DNA from: an uncultured Planctomycetota bacterium
GTDB taxonomy: Bacteria; Planctomycetota; Planctomycetia; Isosphaerales; Isosphaeraceae
DNA: 64,000 nt
Assembly (NCBI GenBank): GCA_963845755.1
Contig: CAWJTV010000011.1
Location: 544,001-608,000 of the forward strand
Direction of reading: 5' to 3'
Part shown: positions 46,924-59,298 of the stretch, piece after piece
How positions within the stretch are numbered: the first letter of the stretch is position 1
Layout: each line of letters begins with the position of its first letter
Translations under genes and position numbers: made by a program
Notes under the pieces: model-generated
What the model saw: the letters and a program-made list of their open reading frames with translations, nothing else
Databases searched by the model: none
Told to the model about the DNA's origin: nothing

Positions 46924-47712
46924 ATGTCAATCGACACCTACGCGGCCGGGACGTGTCTGATCGTGGCAAGCGCCGTGATTGCCGTCCTTGGCCTGATCGC
47001 GGTCCGGAGGACCTATAACGTCCGGAACCTGGCCACGATCCACGAGGTGAGCGGGCAATTCCTGTCGATCGTCGGGACCCTGTATGCGGTCCTCCTCGGC
47101 CTGATCGTCGTGGAAGCCATGTCCCGATTCCAGCAGGCCAGCACCCTGGTTGGAGACGAATCGAATGACCTCGCCGAGGTGATCTACCTGGCCGGCGGAA
47201 TGCCGAGCGCTCAAAAAACGGCGATCTACGAACGGGCCACGGCCTATGCGCATCTCGTCATCGATCAGGAGTGGCCCCTGATGGCCCGCGGCCGGCCCCT
47301 GCTGGAAGCCCGGCAGGCCGTGCTCGATCTCATGCAGATCGTGCGCGACTGGGAACCGGCGACCGAGCGTGAGAAGGCCATCTACGCCGAAGCCCTACCG
47401 ACCGTCTCGGACCTGTGGAACACCCGGCGACAGCGGATCATCGCCAGCCAGCACGGCATCCCGGCGCTGGAGTGGTGCGCCGTCATCCTGGGCGGCATTA
47501 TCACCGTGGGACTCACGTACCTCTTCGTCCTCGACAATCTCAGGCTCCAGATCGCCCTCACGGCGATGGTCGCCCTGCTGATCGCGCTGAATATCTTCCT
47601 CCTCCTGATGTTCGGCTATCCGTTCTCCGGCGACCTGTGCGTCAGCCCCGACAGCTTTCGCGTGGCCTTGTTGGCCTTGCCCCAAAATCAGTCCATCCCC
47701 GGGTCGCGGTGA
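46924..47712 (+). CDS. DUF4239 (bestrophin-like) membrane protein
   Basis: VGTLYAVLLGLIVV, VIDQEWPLM and YPFSGDLCVSP. Confidence 0.82.
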   Translation: MSIDTYAAGTCLIVASAVIAVLGLIAVRRTYNVRNLATIHEVSGQFLSIVGTLYAVLLGLIVVEAMSRFQQASTLVGDESNDLAEVIYLAGGMPSAQKTAIYERATAYAHLVIDQEWPLMARGRPLLEARQAVLDLMQIVRDWEPATEREKAIYAEALPTVSDLWNTRRQRIIASQHGIPALEWCAVILGGIITVGLTYLFVLDNLRLQIALTAMVALLIALNIFLLLMFGYPFSGDLCVSPDSFRVALLALPQNQSIPGSR

Positions 47713-47716
47713 GTCG

Positions 47717-47968
47717 ATGGCCGACATCCAGAGCCCCCGGCTTCTTTACATCAAGGGCGCCTTGTTCCTCGGCCTGGGCGTCCTGGCATCGACGATCCTG
47801 CTCATCGAACACCCGCGCGTGAAGACCGCCGCGCTGCTGGCGCTGGCCGTCTGGGCGTTCGCGCGGGCCTATTACTTCGCCTTCTACGTCATCGAGCATT
47901 ACATCGATCCTCATTACAAATATGCGGGACTCCTGTCGTTCTTGCGATATGCGATCCGGCGGAAGTAG
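47717..47968 (+). CDS. Conserved small membrane protein
   Basis: KGALFL..WAFARAYYFAFYVIEHYIDPHYKYAGL; two TM segments. Confidence 0.75.
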   Translation: MADIQSPRLLYIKGALFLGLGVLASTILLIEHPRVKTAALLALAVWAFARAYYFAFYVIEHYIDPHYKYAGLLSFLRYAIRRK

Positions 47969-48229
47969 ACGTTCGTCCTCGAATTTCAGGAGCCGCCGCC
48001 ATATAATGAGGAAGGACCGAATCCCCATGGGAGGGGACGAGGACCGACTCATTCACCGCGCGGAGTGGCCATCGCGGATGAGATTGGCGCGCGGCAAGGC
48101 GGCACCCAGAACGGCCTTGATGATTTGCCTGATTCTGGGTCGCATGTCGCCCTGATCTGAAGTCATTATCCAGGGACCGAACGGGCCTGGTTTGAACCGA
48201 TTCACCCGATTTGAAGCTGGGAGATTGTC

Positions 48230-48544
48230 ATGGTCGACCTGATCAAGAAGGCGTTTTACACGGGCCTGGGCCTGGCGGTGTTAACCAAGGAGAAGGCCGA
48301 GGAGCTGGTCAAGGACCTCGCCGAGCAGGCCAAGCTCTCGGAACACGAGGGCAAGGACCTGGTCGAGAACATGATGAGGCAGTCCGATCAGGCGCGGAAT
48401 GATTTCCAGGCGAAGATCGATGAAAGCGTGCAGGCGGTCGTCAAACGGCTCAACCTGGCGTCCAAGGACGAGGTGGCCAGCCTCAAGGCCAAGATCGACG
48501 AGCTGTCAGCCAAGCTCGGGCAAGGGCAGGGGACCGGATCGTAG
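48230..48544 (+). CDS. Phasin-like / PHA-regulator-like protein
   Basis: IKKAFYTGLGLAVLTKEKAEELV..LSEHEGK..LNLASKDEVASL; GGAG RBS. Confidence 0.8.
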   Translation: MVDLIKKAFYTGLGLAVLTKEKAEELVKDLAEQAKLSEHEGKDLVENMMRQSDQARNDFQAKIDESVQAVVKRLNLASKDEVASLKAKIDELSAKLGQGQGTGS

Positions 48545-49085
48545 TACCCAGGCGCATCTCGCCCTTCAGGGCCTCCAGCTCGGCGCGGAGGGCGGCATGC
48601 CCGGATTCGGGAACCTCGTCGAGATAATCCTCGATCGCCGGCCGCTTCCCGGTTCGCCAGTCAGCCTCGAAGCGGCGACAGACGGCGTCGATGCGTCGCG
48701 CCAGGTCAAGGTCCAGACGATCGAGACGGGAATCTGTCGGGTTGTTCATCGGATAGTCCGTTATTGGCAAGCTGGCGCGATCATCGCAACCGGACGGTGC
48801 TCGCAGAACACCCGCCGACGGCAAGATGTCCGCTCCGACGGAAACGGTGACAGGAATCAGTCCGAATCGGTGTCGAGGATGCGGCGGATCAGCGCCAGTT
48901 GCCGCGCCACGGTGCGGCGGGCGCAGCCGAGCTGATCGGCGATGGCGTCGGTCGTGAACCCCTCCATGTGCAGGATGGCGACCCGGCGAAGGACATCGTC
49001 GTCCAGGCGGTCGAGGAGCCGCCGATATTCCTCGGCCACCATGGCGGCGAACTCGGGAGTCGGCTCGGAGCTGACGGCCTGAGCA
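48545..49085 (-). pseudogene. Relic of an ECF sigma/kinase pair: ECF 3' end (about 48857-49085) and kinase 5' end (about 48545-48749)
   Basis: EPTPEFAAMVAEEYRRLLDRLDD..EGFT..IADQLGCARRTVARQL, and RIDAVCRRFEADW..GKRPAIEDYL; both pieces are truncated. Confidence 0.75.
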
Positions 49086-49724
49086 GGAGGTCGTCGTCAT
49101 CGCCCTCGTGAGGATCGGTGAATTCGGAGGCGGCCCGGCTCGATGGCCGGTCCGCTGAGTGCGAGAAGATGTTCAACGCAGTCGTCTCCTGACTCAGCCC
49201 GGATGCCGGACCGGAGGTCTCCTTCCCCTCGCCGCCCACCATATTCCCCTCATGGGCCAGGACCTCAAGTGGTGAGTGACGAGCGAGACACGACCGATCG
49301 TTTCCTTTTCTCGCGAAGGGCTGCTGCAAGTCCCTATCCACTAAATTTATAGTTCAAAGATTATTGGGATCAGGATTATCAGGGACTGGCATTGCGCAGT
49401 CTTATCTGGTAGATTAACCCTTCAAGAATTGTCAGAGCCACCTCGAACGTCCCTGGTTGTCGTGCCGTCCTATCTGTCGCGTGGGGCGTCCCGAGGTTGT
49501 CGGATCACATCCGATAGTCGCCCGGCCCGACGTTGCGCAATCCTGTCGTCTGCATCGATCATTCGAAAAGGTGAAGTCGCCTCGGCAGTGGCGAGGAATC
49601 GACCTCGCCAGGATGTCATCATGTCTGACTAATTCATGGCCCGGGTTCTCGCGGGACGGCGGATTCCCGAAGGAACCAGGCGACGAACCCCGGACCGCGC
49701 CTGTCCCGAAGGAGGGGGTTCTCC

Positions 49725-51020
49725 ATGTACGCCTATTTGCGGGTGGTCTCCGGCCCCGATCAGGGTCGCATTTTCAACCTGGTCGAGGGGACGTCGCTCT
49801 CGATTGGTCGTGGCGAGAAGACCGACACACGACTGACGGATAAGGCCGCCGCTCGGCTCCATTGCGAGCTGCGCTGCGCGGCGGGAGGGTTCCTGCTGGC
49901 CGACCTGGACAGCATCAACGGGACGCTCGTCGGCGGCCAGAAGATCCAGGAGCACGCCCTGAAGCACGGCGAGGAGTTCGAGATCGGCAATAACCGGATG
50001 AAGCTGTACACCTCGGTGATCGCCGATACCCAGAAATTGGAAGAGGCGGCGAAGTCGGCGTTCCATCCCGCCATCCGGACGGAGGAAACGGTACTCACCG
50101 GCCAGACGATCTCGCACTACGAGCTGGGGCCGCTGCTGGCCCGGGGCAGCACGGGCATGATCTACAAGGCCCGCGACACCCGAACTGGCAAGGAGGCCGC
50201 CTTCAAGATGCTCTATCGCGAGATCGCGCAGGACGAGGAGAACCTCAGGCGGTTCATGCAGGTCATGAAGACCACGGTCGGCCTGCACCACTCCAACCTG
50301 GTCGCCATCTGCGGCGCCGGAAAGCAGGGCGAGAGCTGCTGGTTCGCGATGGAGTATGTCGAGGGCGAACCACTCGTCAAGATCATCGAACGCCTGGGTA
50401 CGAAGAAGATGATTAGCTGGCGATACGTCCTATCGATGGGGATGCAGGTCGCCGGTGCCCTGGAGGCCCTCCACGAGAAGCATGTCATCCATCACAACGT
50501 GGCGCCCCAGAGCATCCTCATCCGCACCAAGGACAAGGTCCCCAAGCTCGGCGACATGATGCGGGCCAGGGTGATGAACGGAGTCGAGGTCAAGCCCGCG
50601 ACCCGTCCGGGCGAGCTGACGGGGAACGTGGCGTACCTGGCCCCCGAACGGACCCGCGGCGACGCGGAGGTGGACATCCGCTCGGACATCTACAGCCTGG
50701 GAGCAACCCTCTACACGCTCCTGGCCGGCAGGCCCCCGTTCGAGGGGAAGACCCTGGTCGAGACCGTGGCCAGGATTCGTCAGGAGGACCCGATCCCTCC
50801 CAAACGATTCCAGGACGCGATCCCCGACGAGTTCCAGGATGTCGTGGAGAAGATGCTGGCCAAGCGCCCCGAACTTCGCTACCCGACCCCCGCGGCGGTG
50901 GCTCGCGTGCTGGGGCACGTGGCGAAGGCACAAGCCACGGCCTCGGACCCGAACAAGTCGGCGTTCATCCGGCTCTCCAGCCAGCCCGGATCGACGGGAG
51001 GCGGACCCGTCGGCGGCTGA
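49725..51020 (+). CDS. FHA domain plus kinase-like domain (probable pseudokinase)
   Basis: SIGR..ARLHC..DLDSINGT (FHA); kinase fold with YLAPE and RSDIYSLG, but HHNVAPQS and GDMM replace HRDxKPxN and DFG. Confidence 0.85.
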   Translation: MYAYLRVVSGPDQGRIFNLVEGTSLSIGRGEKTDTRLTDKAAARLHCELRCAAGGFLLADLDSINGTLVGGQKIQEHALKHGEEFEIGNNRMKLYTSVIADTQKLEEAAKSAFHPAIRTEETVLTGQTISHYELGPLLARGSTGMIYKARDTRTGKEAAFKMLYREIAQDEENLRRFMQVMKTTVGLHHSNLVAICGAGKQGESCWFAMEYVEGEPLVKIIERLGTKKMISWRYVLSMGMQVAGALEALHEKHVIHHNVAPQSILIRTKDKVPKLGDMMRARVMNGVEVKPATRPGELTGNVAYLAPERTRGDAEVDIRSDIYSLGATLYTLLAGRPPFEGKTLVETVARIRQEDPIPPKRFQDAIPDEFQDVVEKMLAKRPELRYPTPAAVARVLGHVAKAQATASDPNKSAFIRLSSQPGSTGGGPVGG

Positions 51021-51127
51021 CGCGGATCGACGACGGACAGGCTCGAGCCTTTATCGCCCGAGTCTCCCGGTGTACGATACTGGGGATATCTTACATCTGT
51101 AGTCGTTGCGTTGGCCAGGATCAAGTT

Positions 51128-53024
51128 GTGGGCCTCAATCCGATCATCCGCTTCGAGCTGATCCGGACTGCCCGCCGGAGTCGCCACTATGTGATGCGCG
51201 CGGCCCTCGGCCTGGTCCCGGTTTACGTCGCCTGGGTACTGTATGAATTCGGTGCGCAGGCCGCGGCGATGAACGGGGGCCACGAGAGATCGATCGGCTT
51301 CCGGTTCCGGCCCGAGGTCGCGGATCTGGTCTTCCTCGAGCTGACCTGGGCGCAGGGGCTGGCGATCCTCCTGTTGGTGCCCGGTCTGGTGGCCGGATCG
51401 ATCGCCGAGGAAGATCGGCGTGGGACGATGCTCGATCTGCTGGCCACTCCTTTATCGAGCGTCGCGATCGTGCTGGGAAAATTGATGGCGCGGTTGGTGC
51501 ACGTCGGTGTGGCCGTGGGAGTCGGTCTGCCGGTCGTCGTGCCGCTGGGTCTACTGGGGGCGCTCGACCCCGTGATCGTGGCGCTTGCCTACGCGATGTT
51601 GCTTGCGCTGACGTTATTCGTCAGCTCGCTCTCGCTACTCGTCTCGGTCATCGTGCGCCAGTCGGCGCCTGGCGATTCCGACAGCGTACCTCCTGGTCGG
51701 TAGCTGGCTCCTGCTCCCGGTCTGGTATGCCCCGATCGCCGGAAAACTCGGGTGGCCCTTCTCCTGGCTCCGGGCGCTCAACGACGGGATCCTCCAGAGC
51801 CACCCACACGAGGCCGCCATGTTCCTGTGGCGGATCCCCTCAGCGCGGCTGTTCTACCCGCCGAATCTCGCGTGGGCCTGGTCGGGGTTCTTGAAGGCGT
51901 TCCCGAGCTTCGTGGGACTCCAGGCGGCGTGCTCGGCACTCTTTCTGCTGCTGGCCGCCTTTTACCTCCGCCGCCTCCGTTTAGGGCTCGGGAGACGGCG
52001 AGCCCGTGACCTGATCGGCTCGCCGCGCCCCGCCATCGGCGACGACCCGATGCTCTGGAAGGAGTGGTACGCTCCTTCACGCCTCTCTCGAACGGCGGTC
52101 AGGCTCGCGGCGATAGTGCTCGGCGTGCTGCTGTTGTGCCCGCTGATCGAGCCAGCCTGGGCTGCCTTCCGGGAGTGGCAGGCGAGTTGGTGGGATGAGA
52201 CGACCAGCCTGGGAGCACGAGGGGATCTGAACGAGTCCCTGCGTCAGCTCAATGCGGGGATTTACCTTCTCGGACTCGTCGCCGTCGCCGCCCTCGCGGC
52301 GAGCAGCATCACCGGCGAGCGTGAGCGGGGGACCTGGACGAGTCTGGCGACGACCCTCGTCAGCGGCCGCGAAATCGTCATTGCCAAGGTCTCCGGCACC
52401 CTTCGGGCCGTGCGAGGGCTGTCCATGCCCTTTCTGACCTTGTGGGGGATCGGCCTGGCGACCGGTTCCGTCCACCCGCTCGGCGTCCTGGCCGCGGCGG
52501 CCGGACTCATCATCTACGCCAGATACGCGGCTGCACTTGGCGTGCTCTTCTCGATGGTGTCGAGTAGCTCGGACCGGGCGATTGCGGCGGCGCTCCTCGC
52601 CCTCTTGACCAGCAACGCGATCGCTTTGCTCTTCATACCCCTAGATCTCATCGGCCCACTCGGCGGGTCATGGCAGACCGTATGGCTGGCCGGTGTGACG
52701 CCGTTGGTCGAGTGGGTCTCGCTGGCATCCCCCGTGGAGATCCGGTGGTGGCTCGAAGGCCGAATTGGGGAGGGGCAGATCGGACTGCCGTGGGGCCTCT
52801 GGAGCACGCGGATCCGTCTCGATCCTGGTCTGGTCCGGACCTATCTGGCCAGTCTTATTCTGCACGCGATCGGCACAGTCGCCGTGATGCGGGTCGCGGC
52901 CTGGTTATTCGACTCTCAACGCGATGGATTCCGACGTCCCTTGAAATCCCTCTGGGGAGGTCCGGCGCGTGTAGACCGACCCCGAACATGGAATCGAAAG
53001 AATCGAACCGCCTCTGGTCGTTGA
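51128..53024 (+). CDS. ABC-2-type permease-like membrane protein (frameshift near 51660)
   Basis: NPIIRFEL, SIAEEDRRGTMLDLLATPLS..IVLGKL, DDPMLWKE and SITGERERGTW. Confidence 0.8.
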
Positions 53025-53207
53025 GAGAGGGTGTTGGAGCGGAGCAACCGCCCGACGGTCCGAGGGGGCTTCCGCCGATCCTGGGCTCTTCTTCGGATCC
53101 GCGCCGGACGGCTCGCTTGACTTGCTCCCGCGCCTCGACCAAGATTCCGTTACGAGGAACCTTGGCGATCGATTCCGATCAGGGCCATCAGATAAGAGGG
53201 ACCACGC

Positions 53208-54151
53208 ATGGGACAGGATCCGACGCGCCGAACTTTCATGAAGGACTGCTCGACCTCGGCCGCGGCCCTGGTGGTGCTCACCGCCGCGCAGCCGGGCGCC
53301 GCCGAGGCCGAGGCCGACGAGCTCCGGGCGGGCACGCCCTATCTCTGCATCACCTGCGGGACGCAGTTCTCCGAGTCGGCGCAGCCGCCCGCGCACTGCC
53401 CGATCTGCGAGGACGAGCGGCAGTACGTCCATCCCGACGGCCAGCAGTGGACGACGCTGGAACAGCTCCGATCGTCGCACAAGAACGTGATCAAGCCGGA
53501 AGAGCCGGGGCTCTACTCGATCAATACCGAGCCGAAGTTCGGCATCGGCCAACGTGCGTTCCTGATCCAGACAACGAAGGGGAACGTCCTGTGGGATTGC
53601 GTCGCGCTGGTGGACGACGCGACGATCGCGAGGGTCAAGGAACTGGGAGGGATTGCCGAGATCGCGGTCTCGCACCCGCACTATTACACGGCGATGGTGG
53701 AGTGGAGCCGGGCGTTCGACGGCGCGCCGATCCACCTGCACGAGGCCGAGCGCCAGTGGGTGATGCGCCCGGACCCGTGCATCCGTTTCTGGAAAGGCCG
53801 GACGCTCGCGCCTGCGCGAGGGCCTGGCGCTGGTCAGCACCGGCGGCCACTTCGAAGGCTACCAGGTCCTGCACTGGCCGGCCGGCGCCGGCGGCCGGGG
53901 AGGCGCTGATGGCCGGCGATCAGCCGCAGATCTGCATGGACCCCAAGCAGGTCACCTTCATGTACAGCTACCCCAACTACATCCCGCTGAACGCCCCATC
54001 GATCCGCCACGTCATGGAATGCCTCGACCCGCTCGAATATGACCGGATCTATGGCGCGTTCTTCACGCGCGGCAAGGGCATCATCCCGACGCGGGGCAAG
54101 GAGGTCGTCCGCCGTTCGGCGGAGCGATACCTGCGGGCCATCCAGAGTTGA
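53208..54151 (+). CDS. MBL-fold hydrolase-like protein with Tat signal (frameshifts near 53820 and 53900)
   Basis: TRRTFMK signal, CITCGTQF..CPICEDERQYV, FGIGQRA, NVLWDC, SHPHYY, GGHF and FMYSYPNYIPL. Confidence 0.85.
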
Positions 54152-54184
54152 ACGCCGGTCGAGGCTATTCAAAGGAGTCGTCCC

Positions 54185-54736
54185 ATGGCAACCGCCGAGG
54201 CCCTGATGACCGCCGAGGAGTTCGGCCAACGGCCCGACCCCGGCTATCCCGAGGAGCTCGTTCAAGGAAGGATCGTCGCGATGCCCCCACCGGATCGACG
54301 TCATGGTCGGACCTGTCTCAAGGCTGGGCGAATCCTGGACACGTATGCCGAGGAGCACGACCTCGGGCGCGTGATGACGAACGACTCCGGCATCATCACG
54401 GAGCGCGACCCGGACACAGTGCGCGGGGCCGACGTCGCGTATTACAGCTTCACGCGGCTGGCCAAGGGGCCGCTGCCGGCCGGCTATGGTCCGGAAGTCC
54501 CCGAGCTGGTCATCGAGGTTCGGTCGTCCGGCGATTCGTGGCGAGAAATCCTTCGCAAGGTCACGGAGTATCTGACCGCCGGTGTGCTGAAGGTCGTGGT
54601 CCTCGACCCCCAGTCCCGTAAGGCGCATATCTACAGCGTGGATCAGGAGCCAGAGGTCTTGGGCCCGGAGGACGAGCTGACCATCCCCGATCTGCTGGGC
54701 GATTTCCGGGTCGCGGTGCATCGGTTCTTTGAATGA
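54185..54736 (+). CDS. Uma2 family endonuclease
   Basis: LMTAEEF..ELVQGRIV..DPDTVRGADVAY..PELVIEVRS..EYLTAGV..VLDP. Confidence 0.92.
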   Translation: MATAEALMTAEEFGQRPDPGYPEELVQGRIVAMPPPDRRHGRTCLKAGRILDTYAEEHDLGRVMTNDSGIITERDPDTVRGADVAYYSFTRLAKGPLPAGYGPEVPELVIEVRSSGDSWREILRKVTEYLTAGVLKVVVLDPQSRKAHIYSVDQEPEVLGPEDELTIPDLLGDFRVAVHRFFE

Positions 54737-54801
54737 TCGGCATCTTGCTCTGAGCCGGTCGCGCCAGCCGGGAATGGGCCTTTGGTTGATCCCGGCCGAT
54801 C

Positions 54802-57800
54802 TCAATCAGGGGCGCCCCGATAGAGCTGAACCAACCCCCCGTGGTCGGCCGAGGCGAGGGTGCGGCCGTCAGGCGCGAACGCCAGGGCGTTGAACTGTCC
54901 GGGGCTCTCGCCCAGGCTCAACAGCTCCTGACCGGTGACCGGGTCCCAGAGTCGAACGGTACGGGATACTCCGGCCGAGGCAAGGGTGCGGCCGTCGGGC
55001 GAGAACGCCAGGGCGCGCACCTCATCATCGTCGGCATTGATGACCCGGCGCGGGGACCAGGACGCCGGGTCCCACAGGGTGATGAAACCGCTCTCGTCGG
55101 CCGAAGCCAAGGTCAGCCCGTCCGGGGCAAAGACGACCGAGGAGACCGGGTATCGGCCCCGCAAGACGGCCAGGGATTGACCCGTGCGAACGTCCCAGAG
55201 TCGGACGGTCCGGTCGTTGCTTGCCGAGGCCAGGGTCAGGCCCTCCGGGGAAAACGCCAGCCGGCGGACGACGTCGTCGTGGCCGTTGAGGACGGCCCGC
55301 GGGGCACCGGTGTCGCCATCCCAGAGCCGGATCGTCCGATCGGAACCGGCCGAGGCCAGGATGGCGCCACCGGGCTGAAACGCGACCGACCGGACGCGAT
55401 GGGTGTGCCCCGAGAGCGTCTGGATCAGCCGCCCGGTCGCGGTCTCCCAGAGTTTCACATTGTCCCGCGCCTCGAGACTCCCCGAGGCGATGACGCGCCC
55501 ATCAGGTCGGAAGGCCAGAGCGACGACGGTCGCCTCGTGACCCCTGAGTACGGCGCGTTCGCGGCCCGTGGCCGGGTCCCAGAGTCGCAGGGTGTCGTCG
55601 TTCCCCCCGGAGGCCACGGTCGCGCCGTCGGGCGAGAACGCCACGTCCCAGACTTCGTCACGGTGCTTCGCGAACTTGCGGAATTCGGCGGCCGGGTGGG
55701 GCCGCCAGTTGGATAGGTCGTGGTCGCCGCCGAGGTACAGACTCTCGCCGTCGCCGGCGAAGGCGATGTACTGGAAGGTCCGCCGCCCCGGGAAGACCTG
55801 CTCCCGCAAGCCGGTCGCGATCCGCCAGACGGTCATGGGGATCGCGCCGCCGGGCTGGCCATAGCCATAGAGGGCGAGCCGGCCGCCGTCGGGCGAGAAC
55901 GCGAGCTGAAAGGTCCCCTCGCGCCGACTCGAGCGAGACGAGCACGCGTCTCCGACCCGTCGCCAGGTCACGGAAGCTGACCTGCCGTCCCTCCGCGAAG
56001 GCGACGAGCGTAGACCCGTCGGGAGAAAAGATCAGGCGGTCGGGACGCAGCTCGTCGTCGGAATGGACCCGAGGCGCCTGCGCCTGGGCCAGGTCCCAGA
56101 CGAAGACGCGATTGGGAGCGGCGGCGGCCAGGCTCCGCCCATCGAGCGAGACCGCCAGCGCCGAGGCGTCCGGGAATTCCGCCGAGATCGTCCGGGTGAT
56201 CCGGCCACTGATCGCATCGCGGAGGGTTAACCGGCCGTCAGACTCGCGGACCGCGAAGAACCGCCCGTCGGGCGAGGCCATGACGAATCCAAAACCCGCG
56301 ACGACGTAACTTGGCCGTGGCCGCGAAGCATCGGACGCCAGGTCCCAGACCCGGATGGTCCGGGTGCCGCGCGGGTCTCTGGTGACAAGGGCCAGCAGGC
56401 GGCCGTCGTCCATGAAGGTCATCACCCGGACCTCGTCAGCGAGTTCGCCAACGGGCCGCGACCGAAGCCGGCCTTCGGCCACGTCCCAGAGCCGGATTTC
56501 CTTCATTCGGGTTGACGTGGGCTCGATCTCTCCGCATGAGGCCAGGATCCGACTGTCGGGCGAGAACGCGAGCCATTCGGCGGCGCCCGCGTGACCGGAC
56601 AGGGTGGCCCGGGAGCGACTCGAGGGCGTGTCCCAGAGGATGATGCCGCCCGCCGCGTCGCACGATGCCAGCGTGCGACCGTCCGGGGACAGGGCGACGC
56701 GACGGACAGGCGCCTGGTGTCTCCCCAGCAGTGCGACTTCGCGGCGGCTGAGCCGCCAGAGGTATCGCCAGGCAAAGTCACGATGCCTGGGGCCGGGCCC
56801 GTTGACATCGTCGGTGAGGACCTCCTGGCGGCGCTCGAACTGTCCCATGTCGCATGCCTGGTGGGCCAGTCGCATCTGGGCGGAATGGAGGTGCCGATCG
56901 GCCAGGGCCTCTCGCTCCACCGCGAGCCGACGTTGCCGATCGGCCTCCTCGGCCTGGCGGTCGGCCCGGTCGATCTCGTGCTGGAGCCGCACGTTGTGGG
57001 CGCGGAGCCAGGTGTTGGACCAGGCCATCCCACCCGCCGTGCCGATCACGACGATCACCGCCACGGCAGCCAGGGCGGCCTGTGCCGGGCGCCGGCGCGA
57101 CCACTTCAGGCCGCGCTCCCATGCCGATGCCGAGCGGGCCTGGATCGGCCGGCCGGCGAGGAACCGTTGGAGATCCTCGGCCAGGGCCGCGGCCGATGGG
57201 TAGCGGCGGGCAGCGTCCTTCTTCATACAGTGAAGGCAGATCGTTTCCAGGTCGCGGGGGACGTCGGGGCGCAGCACCCGGGGGGCGATTGGGTCGTCGT
57301 CGATGACCTGGCGGACCGTCTCGGACGGTGTCTCACCCCGGAATGGCGCGCGGCCGGTCAGGACCTCATACAAGGTCGCCCCCAGCGCGTAAACGTCGCT
57401 CGCCGGCCCGATGTCTCGCAGGCGGCCCGCAGCCTGCTCGGGAGCCATGTACGGCGGCGAGCCGATCGGCAGTCCGCTGTGGGTCTGATCATTGTCTTCC
57501 TCGGCCAGCTTCGCCAGGCCGAAGTCGGTCACGCGCGGGACCAGGTCCGAGAGATCCTTGGCCGTGTCCGGATCGGCCGGAGTTTGGAACAGGACGTTGC
57601 TGGGCTTCAGGTCGCGGTGGAGGATCCCCCGTTCGTGCGCGTGCTGGACGGCCCCGGCAATCGTCGCGATCAGCCGGGCTGCGGTCCGTGCGGGTACCGG
57701 ATGCTGTCGTCGCCTTCAGCCAGGTCGAGAGCGAAGGACCCTCGCAATACGCCGAGGCGATGTAGGCGATCGGCCCCAACTCGCCGGCCTCGTAGACCGG

Positions 57801-58196
57801 GACGATGTTCGGGTGGTCGAGGACCGCCGCAGCGTGGGCCTCGCGCATGAACCGTCGACGCCCTTGGGTCGTGATCAGTCGTTCGAGCCGGGGCACCTTC
57901 AGGGCCACATCGCGGCCGAGGACCGGGTCGTGCGCCAGGTAGACGACACCGAAGCCGCCCCGGCCGACCTCGCGGACCACCTCGAAACGGCCGAGCGCCA
58001 ACGACGACCCGAGCCCGGCCGGGCCTCCCGACGACTCCGCGCGCGGACGGATCATCTCCAGCAACCGAAGACAGTCATCCATCCAGGGCTCGTCCGCAGG
58101 CCCCTTCGGCCCGGCCCCGGCGGCCATCGCCGCGTCTGCGGACAGGAGTGCCTCGAGCAGATCCGCATCGATCGGCGTGGTCTCATCGTGGGTCAT
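54802..58196 (-). CDS. Ser/Thr protein kinase with TM segment and WD40 repeats (frameshifts near 57710 and 55920)
   Basis: VGRGGFGVVY, VALK, HRDLKPSN, TDFGLAK, YMAPEQ and FAWRYL, followed by about 14 WD40 repeats. Confidence 0.9.
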
Positions 58197-58824
58197 GGCC
58201 GGAGCCCATCGTTTCGCGCAGCCGCAACAGCGCCCGCGCCCAGACCTTGCGCGCGGCTTCCGGCGAGATCCCGAGCCGCAGGGCGATCGCCTCGAACGTC
58301 AGCCGCTCCTCGTGATGCCACCGGATGACTTGCCGGTAGTGCTCGGGGAGGCCCGCCATCGCCGCACGTAGCGCGTCTTCCCGTTCGTGCTTCATGGCAC
58401 GCTCGCTCGGCGAGGTCGCCGACTCGGACACGTTCGCCGCCGGGTCCCGGCCGGTCTCATCCCAACCGCGTCCGCACGCGACTTCCCGGGAGACTCGCCG
58501 CTTCCCGGTCCCACGGTAGCGGCGGCGCATGTTCGCGAGCAGATGCCGGAGGATCCCCTCGAGCCAGGTCCGCAACACCGCCGCGTCGCCGCTCCGCAAC
58601 TGAGCGATGTCGCGCCCGGCGGCCAGGAACGTCTCCTGGACCAGGTCCGAGGCGTCCACCTTCGCCGCCAGATCGGGCGCCAGCTTCCGACGCGCCATCA
58701 GGGTCAAATGGCCGCGGAATACCTCGAGCGCCCGGCCGATGACCTCGGCTCGTCCCCGGTCCTCCACCTCGCCTCCTCCGGAAGAGGCCTCCGGGATGAG
58801 CCGACTTTCAGAGTCGATGAGCAT
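58183..58824 (-). CDS. ECF sigma-70 factor, Planctomycetaceae subfamily (TIGR02984-like)
   Basis: LAAKVDASDLVQETFL, WLEGIL, RRVSREV, TSPSE and LPEHYRQVI..LTFEAIA; its 3' end overlaps the kinase start. Confidence 0.9.
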   Translation of the reverse strand: MLIDSESRLIPEASSGGGEVEDRGRAEVIGRALEVFRGHLTLMARRKLAPDLAAKVDASDLVQETFLAAGRDIAQLRSGDAAVLRTWLEGILRHLLANMRRRYRGTGKRRVSREVACGRGWDETGRDPAANVSESATSPSERAMKHEREDALRAAMAGLPEHYRQVIRWHHEERLTFEAIALRLGISPEAARKVWARALLRLRETMGSGHDPR

Positions 58825-59298
58825 GTTGGAATACCATTCAGAAATCCCGCCTCCTCGGCGTCTCGACCAAGCGTTGCAGAGAAAGGCCAATTCCGCGACC
58901 CCAGGCCGGTGGGCACGGAGGCCCACCCCGCTGGATCAAAGCAGGATCTGCTCAGTACCCCGGACTCGAGGCCGCTCGGGCGTTCAATCCTGTCTCCGAC
59001 CGGATTGAGTGAGACTGCATCACCTCATGACTCGCCGGTCCGGGCGCCGAGCGGCTCTCCTGTAAGAAACGTCGGAAGGCCGCGTCCGGTCGCGACAGGA
59101 ACGGGTCCTTACCGGGAGAAGCCGGCTCATCCCATCAAGCGTCAGACGGCGTCGTGCGCTGGCGAGGCGTGTCACCCGCGATGGGCCAGCGGTCTCTTTC
59201 CACGAAGGACTTTCTCATGGGAGCGGTCTGCAAGAAACCAACAGATTGTTTGACGGGAGACCGCTCTCGCCGACGTCACAAGCTCAGTGGAGATGATC

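Noticed and set aside
49340..49430. AT-rich patch as an origin or ncRNA
   Set aside because: No DnaA boxes, iterons or clear structure; most likely ordinary promoter DNA.
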